This document shows positions 35,235 to 45,282 of a stretch of DNA of 61,711 nt, piece after piece (position 1 is the first letter of the stretch; the number at the start of each line of letters is the position of its first letter). Position numbers and translations under genes: made by a program. This DNA comes from a virus (taxonomy: Duplodnaviria > Caudoviricetes), in IMG/VR virus record IMGVR_UViG_3300048836_000712, positions 1 to 61,711 of that record. One strand, written 5' to 3'. Under the pieces are notes generated by a model. It did not search any database. It was not told where the DNA came from and saw nothing but the letters and a program-made list of their open reading frames with translations.

Positions 35235-36681
35235 CGGCGGGCTCCATTTCTTCGTCGGCGGGTTCTTCCGCGGGCGAGGTTGTGGGCTGCGCCGCCGCTG
35301 GCGCGAGGCCAAGTTCGCCTAGCAGCGCGATTTCCTTGGCACGCTGGCGAATCTGCGATTCCCAGTCCTGGCCGCGCCGCGCGTATTCGTCGGCGAGCGT
35401 GGTCGTATGATTGGCAAGGCGCGTCGCCTGCGCCGTCGCTTCCTTGGCGGGATCAACGTGCTCGTGCCCGTCCCAAAACCACTGGTGCGGCCATTCGGCG
35501 ATAGGCGGCAGGCCCGAAGGAAAGAGGCCTGGAATGAGAACCGCCTCGTCCAGCCAGGCGGCGAGAATGCGATCCAGCACTACGCATTCGAGGTGCGATT
35601 GCTCGACGCGGATCGCTTTGAAATACGTCTGGTGGTCGAGGCGACCGGAGGCGTAGTTGTATCCGCTGCTATTACAGGCCGCGATGTTATACGGCATGTT
35701 GAGGCAGCGGCTGATTTCGTTCAGAAGTTCGCGTTTGAATTCGCCATAGGTGGTCGCGGGCTGCTCCGCTTCCATCTGGCTCATCTTCCAGCCGCCCGGC
35801 ATCGTCAGGAGGGCACGCTTCTCGAGTTCGATCGGCTCGAACGGTTCGGCAGCGTCCGCTTCGCCGTTGGCAGGCGCGTCGGTGTAGAGGATGCCCGCGA
35901 AGTCGGCGGCTGTTTCCGCCGCTGCGAGTACCGCGAGCGTGAAGCGCCGCAGCTGCGCGAACAGCGGTAGCGCCGGCATGAAGTCGGGGATGCCGCGGGC
36001 CTGGCCCGGCCGGTCGGCGCGGAACCAGTGGATCATCGATTCGACCGGAACCTTGTCGTAGGTCCGCGCTGCCAGCGATGTCATGTCGCCGGGATGCTCT
36101 CGCAGGACGTGATACTCGGTCGGGTTGCCGGCAGCGTCGAATACGATGCCGTCGATGGAGTTCGGATCGGCGCGAAACAGATCGGGTGTGCATACTTGGT
36201 CCGCCTCAACGAGCCGCACATCGAGTTGAATGGCAGTCGGCAAGGCGGGGTTACTCGTCAGAATGCCGAACGCCTCGCCATCGGAAGCGCGGGCCATTCG
36301 CATGGTGCGGAGCTTCTCGGCCAGCCCAACCGCCTTCGACCACCGCATAAAGGCCTGCTCGATGCGGCTGTTGGCGTCGGAGTCGGTGGTGAGAAGTTGC
36401 AGCCGCGGGCCGGTGCCCACCACATCGTTGGCGAGCGTGAGTGCAATCCCGCGGGCGTAGCTGTTGTTGGCGACTTCATAGCGGGCCCGGTTCCGCAGCA
36501 CGCGGCGCACGTCGGGACTGTTGGCAGCGTTGGCCGAGAGGCCGTCGGCATTCGACCAGTGGCGGCGGTTGTCGGGATTCGTCGCCGCTGCGTCGTACTT
36601 GGCGCGCACGATCCGCACCGCCCGGCTGGTGGTCGGGGTTGTCGGCTTCGACGAAAAGAGGTTGGTGAGCCAGCCCAGCAC
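35224..36681 (-). CDS. Lambda-family portal protein
   Basis: YDAA, LRNRARYEVANNSYA, RPGQARGIP, NYASGR and VDPAKE. Confidence 0.93.
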   Translation of the reverse strand: MLGWLTNLFSSKPTTPTTSRAVRIVRAKYDAAATNPDNRRHWSNADGLSANAANSPDVRRVLRNRARYEVANNSYARGIALTLANDVVGTGPRLQLLTTDSDANSRIEQAFMRWSKAVGLAEKLRTMRMARASDGEAFGILTSNPALPTAIQLDVRLVEADQVCTPDLFRADPNSIDGIVFDAAGNPTEYHVLREHPGDMTSLAARTYDKVPVESMIHWFRADRPGQARGIPDFMPALPLFAQLRRFTLAVLAAAETAADFAGILYTDAPANGEADAAEPFEPIELEKRALLTMPGGWKMSQMEAEQPATTYGEFKRELLNEISRCLNMPYNIAACNSSGYNYASGRLDHQTYFKAIRVEQSHLECVVLDRILAAWLDEAVLIPGLFPSGLPPIAEWPHQWFWDGHEHVDPAKEATAQATRLANHTTTLADEYARRGQDWESQIRQRAKEIALLGELGLAPAAAQPTTSPAEEPADEEMEPADAA

Positions 36682-36878
36682 TACTCTGCCCCCGGTGGAA
36701 CAAACTTGTTGAGCACCAGGCCGCGCCGCTTCGACTTGGCGGCTTCCTTCGACGCGATATACTTATCCGCCGCGATCTGATCAGGGAGCTTGTGCTGCTC
36801 CATCGAGCCCGAGTCGCCGGCGGCTTTCGCCGGGCCTTGGGCGTTTTCGCGGATTGCGTCTTCGAGTTCGTCGGCCAT
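36681..36878 (-). CDS. Small head-tail adaptor (gpW-position) protein
   Basis: 65 aa, immediately upstream of the portal gene. Confidence 0.6.
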   Translation of the reverse strand: MADELEDAIRENAQGPAKAAGDSGSMEQHKLPDQIAADKYIASKEAAKSKRRGLVLNKFVPPGAE

Positions 36879-36921
36879 CGCGGTTGCTTCCTAGGAAGAC
36901 AACCAACCGGGCGAGCGCACG

Positions 36922-36959
36922 AAAAAAGGCCACGCGGGGATGCGGCCCCGCATGGCCTT
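36922..36959 (-). terminator. Terminator/attenuator-like hairpin just upstream of the structural operon
   Basis: Minus strand AAGGCCATGCGGGG-CCGCAT-CCCCGCGTGGCC-TTTTTT. Confidence 0.55.
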
Positions 36960-37111
36960 GTTGTGCGCTGGTTTCACCTTCGATGATCAGTCGTCGGCGT
37001 CGCCCGATTTGGTTGTATACTTAAAGCTTATAACCAACCTACCGATGGTGAACACCGCTTAAAGAGCGGAAAGCAGAAATCGTTACACATCTAGACCTGT
37101 TGGCTGACAAG

Positions 37112-37741
37112 TCATCGCAACAAGTTCCCAGATGAGACTTGAAGGTCATGAATATAACTGCCGAGAGCCCGCATTACGTTATCCTCTTCAGCGTCTAAAC
37201 CCATTCCAAAAATTGCGCGAAGTGCCGTATCGCAATCGACAGCGGGAACTATCTTTCTCTTTGTATAGTCGAAGCCTCGAACTGTGATAATCTGCTTCAC
37301 TACTTGTTCTAGGCACAGCAGGCGGTGCTCTAGGGACTGAGCAATAGGTTTGCACGCTTCGGAACTCGCGAGGCATCGAATAGAACGCTTGTCCCCAGTC
37401 ACGACAATCACACTAGACAATTCAGAGGCAGTCGCGAACAACTGAGCCTCGCCAGCATCGATTGCGGAAAGATCCTCAAACATCAGAAGCAACTCATTTC
37501 GAGCCGCCGGGATTTCTCCCACGTTTTGCTGGAATTCCAGAATTCGATGAAATGTCTGTTTGCCGATCTCCTGCTCTATTCGAGCGCGTCGCTTTTCATT
37601 TGTGATTCCGAAGCGATGCTTGAACGAACTCAAAATCTGGACAGATGCCCGCGTCGAATCTAAGGACGCGAGAGCATCATCCAGGAGATCGCAGGATGCC
37701 AATTTAGAGATGGCGTCATTGTCCAGAAAGAGTGGCGTCAT
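37112..37741 (-). CDS. PIN-like domain protein
   Basis: LFLDND, IDAGEAQL and VTGDKR acidic motifs. Confidence 0.7.
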   Translation of the reverse strand: MTPLFLDNDAISKLASCDLLDDALASLDSTRASVQILSSFKHRFGITNEKRRARIEQEIGKQTFHRILEFQQNVGEIPAARNELLLMFEDLSAIDAGEAQLFATASELSSVIVVTGDKRSIRCLASSEACKPIAQSLEHRLLCLEQVVKQIITVRGFDYTKRKIVPAVDCDTALRAIFGMGLDAEEDNVMRALGSYIHDLQVSSGNLLR

Positions 37742-38760
37742 GTCCGATGTTTCGGCGAACTGACACGCATGAGAAATTCCGAACTGTCCTCTGGTATCCC
37801 GCTCCAGTCCAAATTCCCAGCCATCTTTTCGTGGATTAACTTTGTCGCATCCGGGTGAGGGCAGATCAACTTTAACGCAGCATTTCCCAGTGCATGAAAA
37901 GATGGGCCCCTAAAATTTGAATAGTTTAGCACTATATGGCCAGGATCGATTTGGTGAATTCGGCCATGCGCCTTTGCTGCGTCTGCCAGTTCTTTGGCGT
38001 TCGGCCAACGTCCTGGCGAACTAAAACGGCAGTTCGAATCGCCAGTAAGTATCTCGGTCGCTGTAGCATTAGCTTCCGTCTCTTGGACATCTGTGCTGTC
38101 CTTAGCGATATGCTCATCAACCAAGACTCCATTCTGCGACACATGTCCTCGCACGATATGGCCTAACTCGTGCGCAAGAATAAAAAGCAACCATGCCTCT
38201 TGCTTTGCATTCTTGCACAAAATGATCACAGGTCGGCCGTCGACCAATGCTGCCATACCGTCCATCTTCTTCGTAGCTCTAGGAAAACTGGCTACGTGAA
38301 GGACAGGAATTCCACGGCTCCAACACCAATCGAGAAGGCTTTCGAGGCTCACCCATGGAGCGCCTGCGCGTAGGATATCTTCGCGGATTTCGGACCCGTC
38401 AGCAGGTATCGTTCCCTTCCAAGGCGTCTGAATAGACGCCGCCGCGATTTGGGCGGCACGCGTGCAAATGGAGCGTGCAATGGCAAGATCGTCTGCTGAA
38501 ACGCCTTGAGTCTTCTTGAAATTGCATGGACCAAAGTCACGCAACTCAAGGGGTGCGGATTCGTCCTGCAGGCTCGTAAGGCTTAGACCAAGATGTCTAG
38601 CTAGAAGGAGAAGGCCTTCTTGGTAGCCTGATTGTGTTTGAGCGACGCTATCTTCCCACCAACTTGGCAACACCGTATTTTGGACAAACGGAGTGTCAAA
38701 GCCGACGGCGCGCAGTCGCTGATAGAGCCCTTTCATCGGATTTTGCGCCGCGGTTGTCAT
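37738..38760 (-). CDS. ImmA/IrrE-family metallopeptidase
   Basis: FILAHELGH and ETEANA. Confidence 0.85.
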   Translation of the reverse strand: MTTAAQNPMKGLYQRLRAVGFDTPFVQNTVLPSWWEDSVAQTQSGYQEGLLLLARHLGLSLTSLQDESAPLELRDFGPCNFKKTQGVSADDLAIARSICTRAAQIAAASIQTPWKGTIPADGSEIREDILRAGAPWVSLESLLDWCWSRGIPVLHVASFPRATKKMDGMAALVDGRPVIILCKNAKQEAWLLFILAHELGHIVRGHVSQNGVLVDEHIAKDSTDVQETEANATATEILTGDSNCRFSSPGRWPNAKELADAAKAHGRIHQIDPGHIVLNYSNFRGPSFHALGNAALKLICPHPDATKLIHEKMAGNLDWSGIPEDSSEFLMRVSSPKHRT

Positions 38761-38885
38761 AAGTCGTTTCCCCCTTTGCTCCAACCTTCGCAATCGCAAC
38801 TTTTGATCAGCGAATATTTACCTCCACGTCCTTGAAAAGGACGACGTGTTAAACCACGTAATTCTAACGCCGAATTGAACTTGCG

Positions 38886-39074
38886 TCAATTGCCGGTTCC
38901 GATCACGCGTTCCCAGGTCGTGATTCGTTGCCCGCAGTGTCGGCACTCTCTACGACGAACAACCTTTCCACCCCAGGCCGAGCGAGTGTAGACAACCCAG
39001 AAATGTCTGCAGCCACAGTTGTGGCATTGAAGGCCGCGGTCGCCATCACGGGGCATCTTCTGATCGTGCTTCAC
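38886..39074 (-). CDS. Zn-ribbon protein (NrdR-N/Ogr-like), possible late activator
   Basis: CHNCG...RRRECRHCGQRITTWE. Confidence 0.7.
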   Translation of the reverse strand: MKHDQKMPRDGDRGLQCHNCGCRHFWVVYTRSAWGGKVVRRRECRHCGQRITTWERVIGTGN

Positions 39075-40465
39075 AAATGCTTCCTCCGTTGAAGTTCGGC
39101 AAAACTAATCCGCTCACGCTTGACCGGTTGAACGGCTCCGCCGGCCCCCGCCAACACTGCCCCCTGAATCGACGCCGCTGCAGCACATCCAACGAGGCCG
39201 TCAAACCAGTGGTTGTCGCCTCTCTCTGGTCGCATCTTCCATTCGTCAACGGTCCGCCCGCGGCCTTCGGTTTTCACGCGGTACTCGGACGTTAGATGCT
39301 CGACGAAGAGACGGTGCTGTTCCGGGCCATCGCCGAAGATGGAGAGACAGCCACGGTCGCCCATCGGCACCACAAGCCGAGCGTGGACGAACGTCTTCCA
39401 GAAGTTGGTGTCGTACACGACGTGGCGTACCGCGCGCTTGCCGGCGACGTTCGGCATCCGCCAGTTGTGGCCGACGCGATCACCTGGTCGGCGCTTGTAC
39501 TCAGAAAACGGCTGGCTCGACGCGCCGACGAACCGTCCGTGGCTGGGCATGACGACTCCCGCGTGCGCCGACTGCCGGCAGAATTGGTAGACCACATCCG
39601 TACTCGATCCCCAGTTGGCGTCGATCAGACAGCGTTCAACCCGCAGCATCGCCCCGTCGTCGCGTCGCCATTCGCGTCCAAGATAGGAAGTGGTGAGCTG
39701 CTCGAGGCCAGCGTAGATGGCCCCTTCGATGCCGCTGGCCTTGGTCGCTAGCGGCAACGTGAGCCGTGCATCGCGGAGTGTGAAATACGGTCGCTGCTGG
39801 TCGGGGAATGTACCGTAGTCGATGACGTATCCGGTGAAGTCGTCCTCCCATGCGGCGACCACGAAGAACAGCAGGTTCGCCTGCACGTCGATAAACATGG
39901 TGACGTGGTTGCAGCCGACTGGCACGGCGCGGCGCTGCATTCGATTGGTCTTGCTGGCAATCTGGTCAGCTGAGAGTTCTTCAGACTCGGACGTTTCCGC
40001 AGGAAGCGGTTCGTTCTGGTACTCCGCGAAGAATGCTGCTTCGTCCTGAAGGCGAAGGTTCATCGCATGCTGGATCGCAGATAGCTCGTCGTGGTTGAAT
40101 CGCTCGGGCCAAGCGATCTCTGCGCCGGCGTCCATCGCCTCGCGATCGGCAGCATAGAACTCGGTTGCCAGACGAATGTCGCCGTGGGCGCGGAGACTTT
40201 CGCCACGCAATTCACCGTACCGCTGCCACTTCTTCTCTTCGACTGGGAACGAGTAAACCATCTTCGTCCGCTCGCCGTTCCACTCCGGGTGCTTGTCACG
40301 CGAGAGGATGTTGTCCGCCATGTCGCCAGGACGAATCACCGTGCAAGGCATGATCCCGCTGATCTTCTTGCCTGGTCCAGCCAAACCGAGAATGGCACCA
40401 GCCAAGATTCCCTCGCGCGTCGCGCACTGCGAAAGCGAACGAGCGGATTCGTCGGTCTGCGGATC
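39071..40465 (-). pseudogene. terL: Terminase large subunit, C-terminal part (fused in frame to the element B LSR)
   Basis: Starts at DPQTDESARS; FIDVQ and DNHWFD gpA-type nuclease motifs. Confidence 0.88.
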
Positions 40466-40489
40466 GTCCCCTCCCACGACCTGTGTGGA
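40466..40489 (-). other. att junction at the LSR end; attP half-site
   Basis: Minus strand TCCACAC-N14-GAC. Confidence 0.85.
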
Positions 40490-42217
40490 AGCGAAAGCTG
40501 ATTGCAAATCGGCGTACAGAATAATCGTGCCAGTGTTGGCGTCGGGTTCGATCTCGATGCGCTGCACGAAAGCTTCCACCAATTGCCGATCGGCCAGGGT
40601 GATTTCGGCCTTCGCAGCAATCGCATCCAGTCTCGCCAGTTGCTCACTGGCCCAATCGCGTAATTGCTGTTGAGTGAGCGCCGGTCGCGTCGTCGCGTCG
40701 CTGGCCTTCTGCTGGCTCATCAGCGCGTCGCGCTTCCGCTTCAGTTCCGTCAGCACGGTGTGAATGTCATCCAGGCCGTCGAAGGTCGGGTCGGCGAGCA
40801 AGGCAACGGTCGTCTTGATGCGGCGGTTGATCTGGTCGAGCTCGCGCCGTTGCTCCGAAGCGTTGGTGGCCGCAATCGGCTTCGAGACGGATTTCACAAA
40901 GGCGTCGATGGCCTGCTTCCGCGTCTTGGCGTCGCCCTGCAACACCTGGCCGATGACCTTCAGCACGAACTCATCGAGCGCCGGCCCCGGAATACGAACC
41001 AGGCCGCAAACATTCTTCCCGTAGCGATGGTAGCCGGAGCAGGTGTAATGCCGGTAAGGACCGCCAAGTCCCGGCTTCCGCCGGTGGTCGCGGACGGTCG
41101 TGAAGCTCATACCGCAGCGTTTGCAAACGAGCAGCGTCGAAACCAGCGTGCGCCGCACCGAGCGGGCTTTGCCGCCGGCGTCCCTGCGTTTCAGGATGCC
41201 CGCCTGAACGGCGTCGAACGTCTCCTTGGAAACCAAAGGTTCGTGAACGTTGGGGACGATGATCCAGTCCGACTCCTGGTTCTTAAAGTTACCGCGTTTG
41301 CCCTTCTTGGCCTTCAGCTTGCCGTTGGCGTCCATGCTGAACAGCGAGCCGCTTGTCCGCTTGTTGTAGGCCAGCGCTCCGTAGTACACCGGCGACCGCA
41401 GCATCTGCGCGATGTTGGACGTGTTCCATTTGAATCCGAACATCGTCGGCACGCCTTCTTCGTTGAAGCGCTCCGCGATGTACTTGAACCCGTAGCCCTT
41501 CGCGCTGAGGTCGAACATGCGCTGAATCGCTTGGACGTGCTCCGGCGTGCTGGGCGTATAGCGCACGATGTCTCCCTTCGCCTTGGCCACGTAAACGTCG
41601 CCGGCAATGGTGCGGACCAGCTTGCCCTCGGCGTCGAATTCGAGTTTGCTGCCATCGGCCATCCAACGCAGCGTGCGGACGACTTTGCCATCCGGCGTGA
41701 CGTGCTGCTTGTCGTAGCCGTAAGGCGGTTGCCCGCCCGGCGCGCTCTTGCGTTCGCGGATGTTGCTGATTTGACCGCGAATGGAATCCCGCGCGAGCTT
41801 CACCGAGTACTGCCGCGCTTGCCAGGACTTCACGCCCTGAATGAGTTCGCCTTCGTCGCCCTCGGGAATGCCGTCAGCGGTGAAAACTACATCGACGCCG
41901 GCGAGCCGCAAGCGATGCAGGTAATACCCGGTCTCATTCGTTCCGCCGCGCGAGAAGCGTGAAATGTCATAGCAGAGAATGGTGTCGAAGTCGCGACCGT
42001 TCTCGGCGGCAGCGATGATCTGTTCGAACGCATTGCGGCCCTTCGCGCTGGTGCCGGAGATTGCGTCATCGATGAACCACCGCACGATGCGGTAGCCATG
42101 CTCCTTGGCCCATTTCTCGACGTAGGCCTGCTGGTCGGGGATCGAGCGCTCCTGCATGTCGGTGCTGCGGCGGGCGTAGCCGACCGCAGGGATGCCACTA
42201 GAATTACGAGTAGCCAT
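40466..42217 (-). CDS. Large serine recombinase of element B (no stop; reads through into terL-C as far as 39071)
   Basis: YARRST, DISRFSR, PPYGY and CKRC...YTC; first part of the 1053-aa ORF. Confidence 0.92.
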
Positions 42218-42459
42218 TGCTTCCCTTTCCAATACAAAGGGTGGTCTTGGTCAGAGCCGCTTCGGCGTTGCGCGTCCGAGCGGCTCGTTTCGTTCACGAA
42301 CCACCACAGTTACCAGGACATCGCCGCAGTCATCCAGCCGGTACCAGCGCGCGCGGGTGGCCTGCGTTCGCGTCGCCGGGCCGGTCGGACGAGCGGTCCA
42401 ACCGTAAGAAAAGGCCGCGTCGTGCGGCCTCGTGGGCGACGTGGTGGCGAACCGGGGCA

Positions 42460-42693
42460 TCAGATGCCGGCCGTGGTGGCCACTGCGAACTCCCCGTCGC
42501 GCGGGCGGCGCTTGGCCGCACCACGCCAGCCTTTGATCGCGCGGAACAACCGGCACTTGGCGGCGATCTCCCGTTTGGTCGGCAGGTATTCGAGCGTTCC
42601 GTTCGTCGCCCGCGTCCATCGCCCGCGATCTACCCACCGGCCTTCGATCTGCCACTGGCGGACTTGGCCTGTCAACATCTTCTGCTCGTCCAT
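42460..42693 (-). CDS. Small YLPT-motif protein
   Basis: YLPTKREIAAKCRLFRAIKGW; similar to 6008-6220. Confidence 0.6.
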   Translation of the reverse strand: MDEQKMLTGQVRQWQIEGRWVDRGRWTRATNGTLEYLPTKREIAAKCRLFRAIKGWRGAAKRRPRDGEFAVATTAGI

Positions 42694-42814
42694 CGTTCTG
42701 GCTCCCAATTATGTGGTTTCGGCGGGCGGCCATTCCGCCCGCGGGAGTCACACAGGAGCCAGCAGTTCCGAAACATTGCAAGTCAATCGCTGCCAAATTG
42801 CTGAAGATTTTCAT

Positions 42815-43051
42815 CTAGGCTTCATCCTCGTCGACAAGTTCCGCCAGGGCGTCGTTCCACGGCAATCGGCCATCGCGGATCGCGGCCTCGATCCGTTTGA
42901 AGAACCGCCATTCCCACAGCGGGACGATGGCGACGTCCTCGCGCTTGTACCGCCGCACGATGATCGGCTCGTCCGTATTCGCCACGTGCTGGCAGGCGAT
43001 GCCCAGCCCGTCACGAAGGTGCGTAATGCTCATCTGGTGTTCGGTGGCCAT
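42815..43051 (-). CDS. Phd/YefM-like antitoxin-fold regulator
   Basis: MSITHLRDGL...VANTDEPIIVRR...VAIVPL. Confidence 0.7.
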   Translation of the reverse strand: MATEHQMSITHLRDGLGIACQHVANTDEPIIVRRYKREDVAIVPLWEWRFFKRIEAAIRDGRLPWNDALAELVDEDEA

Positions 43052-43349
43052 AAAAATTCGGACATGTACAAGAATAAAACACTGTCCTGATTTGCGACTG
43101 TTCCCGCACGCCTCGGGAAGACGGCCTCGGCGGGGAAGTACCTACGCGACTGTCCGGTTCGAATAGTGACCACCTGGCCCGACCATACGCCACACGGGCC
43201 AACGTGGCGCGACGGGTGGCCTCGGTCGTACCCATCAACCTCGCGTGCTTGCGCTTCGCGCGCTACGCATACAACCCGGCCCCGGGCGTGCGTTCGCGCA
43301 CGCACCGGGGGGGTACGGGGGGGCGCGCGTACAGAACACACAAAGCGCA

Positions 43350-44960
43350 TCACCTCTCCTCCGGTTGCGGTTCGGTGGCGAACTGCACTGGATGGGTAGC
43401 ACCGAATTTCCAGCGGTGAATCAACCCCTGCGACTCGGCCTGCTTGAGCAGCTTGGTCGCCTTGCGTTCCGACAAGCCGGCATCCATCGCCGCCTGCGTG
43501 AGGGCCAGGATCGTGGCCGGCGTCGAGCCGACGAACGACTCGGCGAACCGCTCGACGTCCCACTCAGGCTTGGCCGGCGCGTCGGGGGCGACGGGTTTGG
43601 GTTCCTTGCGCCGTCGCGGGCGCTCAGGCCGCAGGTCGGCCGGGTCGAGCGAGTCGTCGGGGGTCCAGACGGGAAACGTCCACCGCAAGCAGCGCGGCGA
43701 CAACGGGGGCCAGGACCGAACGGCAGCATCGAGCACGACCACGTCGTCCTGCTCATGCGGCCGCAGGATCAGGTGGGTATCGGTGGCCCGCGACTGCGAG
43801 CCCGCGCCGGCCCCGACGTCGGTCACGCTCTTGCCCGACTGGTTCCCCTTGCTGCTGTGATGCACCAGCGCGAAGGCGCACCCCAAGCGGGCCGCGAACG
43901 AGTCCAGCACGTTGTAGACCTGGGCCATCGTCCCGTTGTCGTTCTCGTCGGTGTCGCGCGGCATGAATCTGTAAAATGCATCGAGCACCACGAGCTTGAA
44001 CCGGCCCGGCGGCAACTGCTGGAAGTATTCCCCCAGGCCGAAGATGTCCTTGAGCCGGCCCCGCATGTTGGCGACGAACACGCGGTCGGCGACTTCCTCG
44101 AGCACAACGTCGCGGGCCTGCATCACCTTGGGGATGCGATGGGCGCTCGTCTCGCGGTGCAATTCGTTGTCGACGATCAGCACGTCCCCCCGCTCACACG
44201 CGAACGTATCAAGCCAGGAGCGTCCGGTGGCGACCGCCAGGGCCAGATCGGTCACGAGCCAACTCTTGCCGACTTTGCTGGTTGCGATCACGTTCATGGT
44301 TTCCCCTTCCCGCAGTAGGCCGTGAATCACCGGCCGGCGCAGGTCGGGGTTCTCGTTGATCAGTTGGCGAAGGCTCTTGACCGCCAGGGAAAGGGGCAGG
44401 TTGTTGGCCTTCGCCTCTTCCTTGGCGACTTGTTCGAGGCGGTCGAGCAAGGCGCGGCGCTCGGGGTCGATGCACTCCTCCGGCGCGGGCGGGCCCTTGA
44501 TCGTGGCCGGGTTGATTTCCGCGCCGGCCCACCGCCGCACCCGCTCGGCCCAAGGTTGCATCACCAGCAGGCGAATTGCCTCATCGAGAACTCCCCGGTC
44601 CTCGAACTTCTCCCAGCACTGGGCGGCAAGCTCGAAGGCCTGGACGCGGCCCCGATGGCGGGCGGCCTCAACGTCGTGCCCCGCGCGGTAGAGCACCTGC
44701 TCGGAATCGAATTCGGGATTCCCGTACAGCGCGGCGCTGGGAACCAGCACCTCGGCGCGCTCGCGGGCGTTGCGGCGATCCTGCCAGGCGGCTTCAATCA
44801 ATTCGCAGTCGGGGATGTCCCACTCCGCGACGACGTTCGCCGCCTCTACGAAGGCGGATCGATAGGCCCGCTCCGCTTCCATCAACAGAGGCGTGGAGGA
44901 AAAATCGGGACCGTCGTTGTAGAACCGCACCGTGTCAGCCGGCAGCGTCAGCGTTGGCAT
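43350..44960 (-). CDS. AAA_25/RepA-type replicative helicase
   Basis: ATSKVGKS, VDNEL, LVVLDAFYR, LVHHSSKG and GAGSQSR. Confidence 0.88.
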   Translation of the reverse strand: MPTLTLPADTVRFYNDGPDFSSTPLLMEAERAYRSAFVEAANVVAEWDIPDCELIEAAWQDRRNARERAEVLVPSAALYGNPEFDSEQVLYRAGHDVEAARHRGRVQAFELAAQCWEKFEDRGVLDEAIRLLVMQPWAERVRRWAGAEINPATIKGPPAPEECIDPERRALLDRLEQVAKEEAKANNLPLSLAVKSLRQLINENPDLRRPVIHGLLREGETMNVIATSKVGKSWLVTDLALAVATGRSWLDTFACERGDVLIVDNELHRETSAHRIPKVMQARDVVLEEVADRVFVANMRGRLKDIFGLGEYFQQLPPGRFKLVVLDAFYRFMPRDTDENDNGTMAQVYNVLDSFAARLGCAFALVHHSSKGNQSGKSVTDVGAGAGSQSRATDTHLILRPHEQDDVVVLDAAVRSWPPLSPRCLRWTFPVWTPDDSLDPADLRPERPRRRKEPKPVAPDAPAKPEWDVERFAESFVGSTPATILALTQAAMDAGLSERKATKLLKQAESQGLIHRWKFGATHPVQFATEPQPEER

Positions 44961-45111
44961 GCTCGCCCTCCATCCGCTTTGCTTCCCACTGGGCGAGCAG
45001 CCAAGCGGCGAGCGCCTCGACGCGCCGTTGGCGATAATCCTCATTCTCTTGGGGCGCGCAAAACGCCACGCGCACGTCGTAGTTGCCGACGCGCTCCGTC
45101 GTTTCGGGCAT
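44935..45111 (-). CDS. 58-aa hypothetical protein (not in the ORF track)
   Basis: AAGGAGG RBS; MPETTERVGNYDVRVAF...RRVEALAAWLLAQWE; overlaps the helicase start. Confidence 0.55.
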   Translation of the reverse strand: MPETTERVGNYDVRVAFCAPQENEDYRQRRVEALAAWLLAQWEAKRMEGEHANADAAG

Positions 45112-45282
45112 GACCGTTCCTCCTTTGCCGAGTGCTGCGGGAAGCAGCGAGAGGGGCGCGGCGGCCCGCAGGGGTCTGCCTGCGGACCGCGGTCGCCAAG
45201 CGGCGAGGTCGGTCGGTGGATCGGTAGGTTGGTTCGGTGGGGGGCGGTTGGATGACTACGGGTATCCCGAAGTGAGAAGCGA

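Noticed and set aside
39071-42232. 1053-aa ORF as a natural novel recombinase-terminase gene
   Set aside because: It is explained by in-frame integration at GAC; the matching terL N-half lies at 50873-51748.
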